Origin: the human T2T-CHM13v2.0 reference genome, Homo sapiens
Length of the DNA stretch: 64,000 nucleotides
Assembly: GCF_009914755.1 (NCBI RefSeq)
Contig: NC_060936.1
Strand: one strand, 5' to 3'
The notes below the pieces were generated by a model. The model was not told where the DNA came from, did not search any database, and saw nothing but the letters and a program-made list of their open reading frames with translations. Each line of letters opens with the position of its first letter. Positions within the stretch are counted from its first letter, which is position 1. A program made the translations under genes and the position numbers. Below are positions 54,700 to 64,000 of this stretch, piece after piece.

Positions 54700-55730
54700 C
54701 TGGGACTTTGCTGGGTCAGAACTGAAGCCAACAGAGCAGTGAGTCTTGGCCAAGGTCTGTGGCAACCACTGCCTAACTACTACCAATTTCACTCAAGGAC
54801 CAAGGGCTCTTCAGTTAGAAGGTGGTGAATCCAGCCAGACTTTTGTCCTTCCATTCAGGGTGGTGCACTCCCATGCAGCCCAAGGTAGGTCCAGAAATGT
54901 CATGCAGGAGCCAGGGCCTGGAGTCAGAAACCTTAGGAATCTACTTGGTGCTCTATTCTACTGTGGCTGAACTGGCCCTCAAGCCATGAGACGATGACCT
55001 TTACACTCTTCTTTCTTCTTTCCTCAAGCAGAAGGAGTCTCTCCCCATGGCCTCCCCAACCCCAGGCCCATGGCAAGTGCTACCTGGCTACCACCAATGA
55101 CAATTCGAAGCCCAAGATTTCTTCAGTCTGCTTATGGTTAACACTACCAGGCCTCGAACTCTCCCTTTAGGGCAGTGATCGCCCCTCTGGCCTTGGGTAA
55201 GTCCAGAAATACCATCCAGGAACCAAGTCCTGGAATTGGGGACTCTAAGAACTCACATATTACCCTACCCCACTGTTACTGAGCTGGTACACAGGCTACA
55301 AGATGAAGTCTCCTTTACTTTTCCCTCTTCTTTTCTCAAGCAAAAGGAGTCTACTCCCATGACTACAACAGCTGGGAATGTGTTGAGTTACACCTGCAGC
55401 CATCACAGCACTGGGTCTCACCCAAGGTCCACAGCAAGTGTTGCCTGGCTACCACTGGTGTTGATTCAAGGCCCAAGCTCTCTCTAATTAGCAGGTGATG
55501 AATCTTTCCAGAATTGGGTGCCGCCCTTCAAGGCACCATGTTCTCTTCAGATTCAGTTTAGAAATATCATCCAGGAGCCAGGGCCTGGAATACGAGTTTC
55601 AGGACTCTGCCTCATGCTGTATCCTACTGTGGCTGAGCTGGTGTCCAAATTGCAAGACAAAGTCTTTTTTACACTATACTTTCCTCTCCTTAAGCAAAAA
55701 GAAACAGTCTCTTCTGGAACTGTGAGCTCC
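54700..55730 (-). repeat. Diverged ~310-355 bp tandem units in the L1MA 5' UTR
   Basis: agaaat..cat.cagga.cca.g.cctgga anchor near 54893, 55205 and 55560. Confidence 0.85.
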
Positions 55731-56792
55731 GCTGCCTGGGGTTGGGGGAGGGGTGACACAAGCACTCCCTTGGCTGTCCCAGGTTGTGTATCTCACTAAT
55801 TTTTATGCACCCCAATTTCACTGGTCTTGAGCCCAGTAGAGCACAGAGACTTTCCCCAAAATTGCAGTCTTTGTGCCCTAGACTGCCTTTTGCATTTATT
55901 TAGAACCCCAGGGAACTTTAGCTCATAGTGCTGGAGCTAGCTGGAGCTCAAGTTCTGAACACTGGGATGGATGATTCCCCTGTAGCCAGGGCTGGTGTAA
56001 ATGGTCCCTTTAGAGGGCTGGCCAAATTCTGCCCTGTGTTGCTTTCCACTGTGACAGGTAGCACTAATTTCCAAGTCACAGTCCCACAATAACTGCTGTC
56101 TGTCTCCCTGAAGCAAACAGATTCCATCTCTGTGCCACACAGCTACTGCTGGAGTAAGGGAGAAGGGTGGTGTTGGCAATTCAAGAATGTCTTTCTTACC
56201 CTCTTTGGTGCCTTTTCTTGCTTTGATGTTAAAACCAGGTACTGTGATCACTCACCTGATTTTTGGTTCTTATGAAGGTGCTTTCTTGTGTGAATAGTTG
56301 TTCAATTTGGTGTTCCTGTGGGAACAATTGCTGCAGAATTCTATTTAGCCATCTTGCTCCACCTCTGACTATTAAATGATTTTTAATAAGGTGTTAAGTC
56401 AACCTGATGGGTAAAGAATAGTCTTTTAAACAAATGATTCTGGTACAACAAATATCTTGATCAAAAAGAAAGAATTTGGAGCCTCCACCTCTTACCACAC
56501 ATATAAATTAACTCAAAATGAATAAATAACCTGCATGTAAAATCTCAAATTGTAACAATCTTAGAAGAAAACATAAGCATATATCTTCTTGACCTTATAT
56601 TAGTAAATGGTTTCTTATATATGACACCAAAAGCTTAAGGAAACAAAATAAAAAACAAATAAATTAGACTTCATCAAAATAAAAAAAAACTTTTGTGCTT
56701 CAGCATATACCATCAATAAGTTAAACAGAGTGTTCACTGATTGAGAGAAAATATTTGCAAATTATATATCTGATAAAGGACTTTTACCCAGA

Positions 56793-56793
<1 letters not shown>

Positions 56794-56823
<30 letters not shown>

Positions 56824-56840
56824 TGCATGTGTGTGTGTGT
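56794..56840. repeat. (TG)n microsatellite inside L1
   Basis: Direct read. Confidence 0.95.
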
Positions 56841-57740
56841 TTAAAGCTCTTAAAACTCCACATTAGGAAGACGAAATTCCCAATTGAAAAATGAACAAAG
56901 GATTTAAACAGACCTTTCTCCAAAAAAGATATAGAAATAGTAAGCACATGAAACTATGTTCAACATTATTATTTATTAGAGAAACAAAAATCAAAATCTC
57001 AATGAGATACCACTTCACATGCCCTAGGAGGGCAATAATGAAAATATCAAATGATAGCAAGTTTTGTCAAAGATGCAAAGAAATTGGAGCCTCATATGCT
57101 GCTGGTGTAAATGTAAAATAGTGCAGCCATTTTGGAAAACAGTCTGGCAGTTTCTCCAAAATATCCAGTTACCATATGGCCAAGCAATTCTATGACTAAT
57201 TATATACTCAAAGGAAATTAAGACTTATGTTCACATAAAAACTTTTGTACAAAAATGTTCATAGAAACATTATTCATAATAACCAAAAATAAAAACAACC
57301 CAAATTTACATCAACTGATGAATGAATAAGGAAATGAGATATATCCGTACAATGAACTATTATAGAGCAATAAAAAACAATAAAGTACCGACGCATTTTA
57401 CAACATGAATAAACCTTGAAAATATGTGAAGTGAAGAAGGCCATCACAAAAGACTACATATTGTATAATTCCCTGTGTAGAAAATATCCAGAAAAGGCAA
57501 ATCTATAGAGGCATAAAATAGATTGAGTGATTACCAGGGCTGCACAATTTAGAGAAAAATGAAGAGTGATTGCTAATGGGCACTAGATTTCTTTTTGTGG
57601 TGCTGAAAATGTCCCAAAGTTGATTGTGGTGGTGGTTGCACAATTCTAAATATACTAAAAATTAGAAAGTTCTACACTTTAGAAGGGTGAATTATATGAA
57701 TTATATCTTAAATCTGTTTCTAAAAAAATAAAATAAATAA

Positions 57741-58150
57741 AATTTTAGAACTAAAAACATAATAACCAAAATTAAGAATATACATTTAGGAGTATATTAG
57801 CCATGGCTGGATAAATAATTACTGAATTAAAAGGTCACAGTCTTTGAAAGATTTCAACATCATAAGTTCAATGATCACTAAAAATCTTAAGTAGTAGTAA
57901 TTAAATGAAATCAACACCTAGCATAACATATAAAACCATTGAAAAACCAAAGATAAAGAAAACAAAAATTGCAAGAGCTCCAGGAATGGGGGAAGGAGAA
58001 GAAGATTACTTCCAAAAGGTCAGTAATAAGAGGGACATCAGACTGCCCAACAGAAACAATGGATGCTGATGACTATGGAATGCTATTTTCAAGGAGCTAA
58101 AAGAAAATAACTACCAACCTCAAATTCTGTACTTAATAAAATCTCCCTCA
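57741..58150 (+). mobile_element. Ancient L1 ORF1-region fragment, right half
   Basis: aaatcaacacctagcataacata...catcagactgcccaacagaaacaatggatgct...ctaaaagaaaataactaccaacctcaaattctgtac. Confidence 0.65.
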
Positions 58151-59049
58151 AATAATTAGACTCAAACTGTCCTTTTGTTGATTTCATAGTTTAGAATAAT
58201 AAACGTTTAAATACAATAGAGTCAGTTGAAGTGAATTTACCTGTAGGAGCTCTAAGAATGGAATAGTAAATTATGTATGGAAGTATAAATGACAGCCTCA
58301 CAATAATAGTGGCATATAAGTAGAATATAGCAAAGGCAGGTATATTCAAAAAGGCCCCAAAATATCAGAAATATTTGTGTGGGGGGGTGTGTATATTTGT
58401 ATGTGTGTGTGTGAGAGAGAACAGAGCATGCTTGTGCATGCATTGGTATATGAAACTGACTGAGGGAGAAGTGAAGACCATTTCCAATGAATGGAAGTAT
58501 AAAACAACTTTATATATTTAGAGAAATATACATTGATGAATGAAAATAACATCAAATGTAGGAGTTGGAAGAGATGAAAATTAAAATAGTAAGCAAGGTC
58601 AAATTCTAAAGGACATCTTATCATAATTATTCACAGGGTGTATGTGTGTGTGTATGGGTGTGTATGTGTATGTATGTGTGTGTGTGTGTATGTTGGTATA
58701 TATTAGTAACAACTGGGACTTATTTTCAAAATATGTTTGTGTTCTCCACCAACATCCTCAAAGAAATGCTAATAATTTGTGGGTATATACATTTTGAAAA
58801 AAGCTTCTCAAGTAACTCTGATAATATTATTGTTAAAATGATAACTATGTATAATTAATAGAGGTTGGCATATATAATTTTTATTTCAATTAACACTGAG
58901 TATTTACTATGTGTCAGTGCAATAGATGCTGTCACGTGTTTTGTTCAGATCTCTCATTACCCAGATGCTATGAGGATTTGTTGATAATGACTCGTATTTC
59001 CTTTCTTCTCTTGAGAATTGCTCTCTGCTGATAAAAGCTTCATCACCAG

Positions 59050-59319
59050 TGAGGATCCCTGAGTAATGACTGACAGATATAGTGATAGAGTTGTACCCTT
59101 TTTTCTCAAAGAGGAATAATTGTGTAATATGACTTATGCTCCAGGGTACCTTGTGAAGCAAGAAAAGATCAGATGTTATTTGATGTTACTTGAGACCTCA
59201 TTCTTACTTTTTTTCTTATTTTTCAGTTCTTTGCAGGTTTTCCTGAAAAGTATTTCTTCAATTCATGTGCATATAAGTCCTTGTCACATCTCTTCTTCTA
59301 GAGAATCCAGCCTTAGATA
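59050..59319 (+). mobile_element. LTR16-like ERVL 5' LTR remnant
   Basis: ttttcctgaaaagtatttcttcaattcatgtgcatataagtccttgtc...cttctagagaatccagccttagata resembles the LTR16 end and is followed by tttggtagcag. Confidence 0.55.
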
Positions 59320-61705
59320 TTTGGTAGCAGAAGTAATCCTAATAAGTAGACTGTAAAAATGGAATTCTGGAGTTGGAACACCCAGTAGTATGTGAGAGTT
59401 ATGACTCCATTACTGGTGGAAAGTGGAGCTGTATGAATGCAATTGTAAAGGATTTCAACTGTGGTAAACTTGTGTGAGATAAAGCAGGAAATATACTGAC
59501 TTGTGCAATCTTTGTGGTAGTAATAAGTATGTGAGTGATTAGAATGATTAGAAATCCTATGAAATTGAGTTGCTTTGGGTGAGTATATTTGACGATTTGA
59601 AGAAAGAAAATAATGGGCTTAGGCTTATTAATCACAAATGTAAAGTAAAATGTCAATCAGACAGTGTACTTGGCAGAATTTAAGGTGACATTTATCTACT
59701 ATAACTGGACAGTAGAAAGAATAAAAGTTTGACTTCAGGATTTTTTTTTTTGGTAAGATTGGAATAAAAGGTAGAATTCTCAGCTTCAGCATGTCTACAA
59801 TGACAAATTTATTCTTCTAATATAAAATGAGTTAGACCCTGGTAAAGACTACTAAAGAACCTTGAAGTGAACCAAAGCTATCCGGAACTCTTGGAGCTTG
59901 GAGAACTGGCCTATTCTCCCTTGTTGGAAGATGGACGTTCTCTTTTTTTGAAGATTATGTAGAAGCACCATAGGGTCAGGTGCCTTAATAAATGATGAGT
60001 TCTCTCCTCAGTATCTTCCCTTGACTCTCTGTAGTTACCAGATCCGTAACAAAGGTGATTAGCATGTTTAAAATATAGAAGTGCTGGACCTAGTAAAGAA
60101 ATATAAGGGGTGTATGCTAAGGAGTTATAGTAGTTGGCTAACATATAGTGTGAAATATAAGAGAAATATTCCTGGTTGTGGATCCTGAGGGAACCAGATT
60201 CAGGAATATTGGCCCTAGAGTTGGATAAGAAAAACATTGTTGATATGGGGATCATCTTTTTTGGCCACTTTTAGAAGAGTTGGTTCCAATATAAATTTTG
60301 AGGCAATTTGTGGGAAACATGATATTAAATAAAATAGAAGTGCCAAAAATGTCATGTAAGACTATGAAAAAGGATCAAAAGACTCAGAGAAGTGGACATG
60401 GTCCAATGGGTCTCCTAAAGAAACCAAATGAAGCTCTCAAATGAGTATGTTTTCAGAGGTACAGAGGCCAACAGAGCCCACAGTATGTTTGGGGGCCACT
60501 AAGGAGTATGCTGTTGAGGAGAAGACCAGCATTTTTGAGAAACTTCATAATGCACGTCCTCTGTGGGTTAAACAAAAAAGATGATATTATAGGACTTGCC
60601 TTCCTAGTAGCAATAGGGCATGATAGGATTATAGAATAACAAGGAGGCACTTAACCATCAGAAGCAAGATGGGCATAATCACTGTAATGAGCAGCAAGGT
60701 TTGAATGGCTGCTAGGCATCTTCACTTGCAGGGAGATAATATTACTAAGAGTTCCTAGGCAAGATATTCCAGCAGCTAACATGGGTGTCACAATCACTTA
60801 CACACTTTCTGGATCTAGCAAGTTCTCAGACACGTTACCTATCACCTGAAGGAGAAATTATATCCCCTTAAGAAAAAAAACTTTTCTCTTAAGTAAAACA
60901 ATACTAAAAAAATGTATGCAATAATGATCTCATCAGTGTATCCTCACAGGGATCTGTAGCCATAAACTGGGGAAAATTAAATTATCAGATGTTTTAAGGA
61001 CTGTTGAAGATAGAGCCTGAGTTGACACTGATAACCAGGGACTCAAATACCATAATGGTCTCTGTTAGAGGAGGGACATATTGGGGTCAGATAATAAATG
61101 ATTTAACACCCAGGTTCATCTTGCACTGGGCCCTTCAAGTCCTCAAACCCATCAAATGCTGATATCCCTAGTTTCCAAATGTAAAATAGTAATGAACATA
61201 TTAAGCAGTAGGAAAATCCCTCACATCTATTCCTTACTATGTGTTCTAAAAGCTATGTTGGAAAGAAAGACCAAGTGGAATCTCTTGAGATTGTTCCCTT
61301 TTGTAAAAGATACATTAAAAATGATACTGTGTTTCAAGGAAAATGGTAAAATTAGTACCACCTTCAAAGATGTAATGACATTCATTATGTATCCTCATTT
61401 AATTTAGCCATCTAGCCTATGAAAATCCTAGTTAGATTATAGAAGGTGACTTATACAACACCATAACTTTACGTAAGTTGTAGCCCCGATAACAGTTGTT
61501 GTGCTGGATGTAACATATTTTCTTGAGCAGATCTGGCACAGCCTTCAGAAACATTATATGCGGCTTTTAATCTTATATATGTGTTCTTTTCCATACCCAT
61601 CAGGAGAAAGATCAAAGCTGTTTGCATTTACATAGGATATATAAGAATATGTATCCACAGTGTTGCTCTAGGCTTTTGTTAATTTTATTGCTGTCTATCA
61701 CAATA
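59320..61705 (+). mobile_element. ERVL-class internal region (HERV16/ERV3-16-like gag-pro-pol remnant), no ORF
   Basis: Protease-like ggactgttgaagatagagcctgagttgacactgataaccaggg (cf. LLDTGSELTLIPG); RT-like gtagccccgataacagttgttgtgctggatgt and ttcttttccatacccatcagg...gtttgcatttaca. Confidence 0.75.
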
Positions 61706-62587
61706 GAAAAAAATTGAAAAAGTAGTCATCTCCATTAGCTTCTCTGTTTGGATCTTAGAGTCTAATTTTAGTCCTAGTTACAAAGTTGCTATCATACCTA
61801 CACCCCCCCCCACAATCCCCCAAAAACCAATGGAATTTCTATTGATGTGTCTACCTCATTTTTACATAAACAACAGACACACACATATATACGCACATCC
61901 ACACTACACACATATACTCCCACACCACACATCCTGCCATATATTTATTTATATTTTACAGTATTTAAATTTTTAAGCAATTCCATGTATTTTCCTCCTT
62001 GTGGACAACTTTGATGATTAGATACTTTCATTCATTGTGTATATTTAGAGAATAAGGCTTAGTAAAGTAAACTTGCTAAGGTTACATAAATATGAAACCA
62101 TTACTTTTGTATAACTACATTGATGCCAAAATCTATGCTTTTTATCATGTTAACCTAGACCCCAAGGGACCTTCAGGTGGTCACTGAATCTTGTCTTAAA
62201 GGTTCCAGATATAGAACTATGTCTGGGTAACTTTAGGCCTGTATATAGCCATAATATGAGAGCAAGATATAGATTATACTGGAAAAGTAAAATAAGGGGG
62301 AAAATCCATACTGATTCATATATCTGCAATATAAAAAAGAAATGCTATATTATTTAAAAACATAAAATAACAGCAACAACAAAATGCAAACCAGAGTGAT
62401 TGTATAGTCATGGGCATGAATTACAGTAGAATAAAGGAACAGCCTTGTTTGAAGAATTGGAAGCAGCAAAAGTATGAAAGGATATCTATTTGAAGTATTC
62501 TAAAACATTGTTCATTAATTTTTCTTCTCAGACCACATTTCTTCTTAATTTACATCAAGCCAAACAAATAAGTTAGGTGCTCTAAGT

Positions 62588-62941
62588 GAGCAGTCTCCAA
62601 GCTTTTTGGCACCAGGGACCAGTTTTGTGGAAGACAATTTTTCCATGGACGGAGTGGGGTGGGAGGGTGGTGATGGTAGTGGACGGTTTCGTGGTGAAAC
62701 TGTTCCACCTCAGATTATCAGGCTTTAGAGTCTAATAAGGATCATGGAACCTAGATCCCTCACATGTGCAGTTCACAATATGGTTCACGCTCTTATAAGA
62801 ATCTCATGCCGCCACTGATCAGACAGGAGGTGAAGCTTAGGTGGTGATGCACTCTCACCTGATGCTCACCTCCCTCTTGTGGCCCAGTTCTTAATAGGGT
62901 GCTCAGTACTGGTCCACAGCCTAAGAGTTAGGGACCCCCAG
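62588..62941. mobile_element. MER1B hAT-Charlie element
   Basis: gcagtctccaagctttttggcaccagggaccagttttgtggaagacaatttttcca...gttagggaccccca; degenerate 8-bp TSD ctctaagt/ctctacat. Confidence 0.9.
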
Positions 62942-63282
62942 CTCTACATACTGTCCCAGAACAAGATCAATTTCCATTTATAATTCCTGACCCCACTCCC
63001 TTCTTCCAGTCAATGAAGTTGTTACTAATACCTTTAAAAGTGTACTTCTCTAACTAAGGGATTTTGAATTGCACAGTTTTGAACTGTAATGATGGGCATC
63101 CTCAGCCAATACTGCATTTTAATGTTCAGGAAAAACAGAGAATGAGAATATTAAATCTTTCTTACTCGTATTGATCTTCTACTTTATTTCTGGTAACATT
63201 TGATTTCCCTGAACTCTTCAGTTCAGTTGTTTCCTATCAATATGCCTCTGTTTTTTTTTTTTTTTTTTACAGTTAGAAGTAG

Positions 63283-63790
63283 AATATTAATTCTTCCAAC
63301 TCATGAACATTGACTATCTTTCCATTTATTTCTATCATCTTCTATTTCTTCTATCAATGTTTTACAGTTTATAGCAACTTTCACATTCTTTGTTAAGTAT
63401 TTTATTTTTTGATGCTATTGTAAATGGTGTTATTAATGTCTTTTGTGGATAGTTTGTTGTTAGTGTATAGAAATTGATGTTATAAAAGTGTTGGTACTAT
63501 CCCAAGTAATCTACATATTCAATGCAATCCCTATCAAAATTCCTATGGCATATTTTCATTGAAATAGAAAAAATAATTTTAAAATTTGTATAGAACCACA
63601 AAAAAACTCCAAATAGCCAAATGAATCTTGAGGAAAAAAGGCTGGAGACATCACTCTACGTGATTTCAAAATTTACAAAGTTACAGTAATCAAAACAGCA
63701 TGGTGCTTGAATAAAAATAGACATATTAAACAATGTGTTAGGATAGAAAGCCCAGAAATAAACCCACATATTTGTGGTCAATTAATTTTG
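63283..63790. mobile_element. Old L1 ORF2 fragment with 5' inversion (minus 63283-63478, plus 63479-63790)
   Basis: Antisense aatattaattcttcc...gtgtatagaaat joined to sense tactatcccaagtaatctacatattcaatgcaatccc. Confidence 0.8.
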
Positions 63791-64000
63791 TGTTATTCTT
63801 TTGTTTCGTTCTTTCTCTTTTACTGTCTGCCTTTGTAATTTAATGATTTTTTGTAGTGGTAAGCTTTGATTCCCTTCTATATTTTATACACCTACTGCAG
63901 GTTCTTTCACTGAGGTTACTATGAGACTTACGTAAAATATGTTATATTTATAGCAGTCTATTTTAAGCTGATAGCAATTTGATTTTGATATTATTTTAGT
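63791..64000 (-). mobile_element. Old L1M inter-ORF fragment running off the window
   Basis: gatttttttgtagtggt-like and gaggttactatgagactta...tattttaagctgatagcaa motifs; similar in type to 52900-53110. Confidence 0.6.

Larger units (their letters stand above)
48270..56370 (-). mobile_element. Full-length L1MA (L1MA3-like, L1M1-type 5' end)
   Basis: 3' end tttgtgagtacacagtaagtgtatttatttatggggtac; antisense ORF2/ORF1 peptides in the track; 5' end on minus strand gaggtggagcaagatggctaaatag; TSD ttaa(t/a)tgattttt at 48257-48269 and 56372-56384. Confidence 0.93.

Overview
This is primate, almost certainly human, AT-rich and CpG-depleted non-coding DNA (intergenic or deep intronic). I see no intact protein-coding gene, RNA gene or convincing spliced exon. 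The long ORFs in the track are decayed LINE-1 ORF2 pieces, antisense L1/Alu frames or chance ORFs. A large part of the window is transposon-derived: four Alus (one very young), an L1PA5-like insertion, an L1MA4-like 3' half, a 16-17 kb nest of L1s inside L1s with an MLT2A LTR, HAL1, L2/MIR/L3 debris, DNA transposons (MER97, MER58, Tigger2, MER1) and an LTR16/ERVL remnant. The best-supported non-obvious finding is an L1 3' transduction. A perfect 16-bp target-site duplication (10602-10617 / 13083-13098) with a canonical TTTT/AA nick site encloses the L1 plus ~180 bp of foreign sequence that carries its own ATTAAA and A-tail, while the L1's own AATAAA is absent. Other findings are two local templated duplications, a 32-bp polyadenylated micro-insertion, a probable twin-primed L1 inversion, and a transposon-poor 16-21.6 kb island with a CpG-retaining RBPJ/E-box cluster (candidate enhancer) and a ~70-nt hairpin. 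I do not see evidence for a new multi-gene biological system. Repeat subfamily names come from recalled consensus sequences and need RepeatMasker/Dfam confirmation; boundaries of old repeats are approximate.
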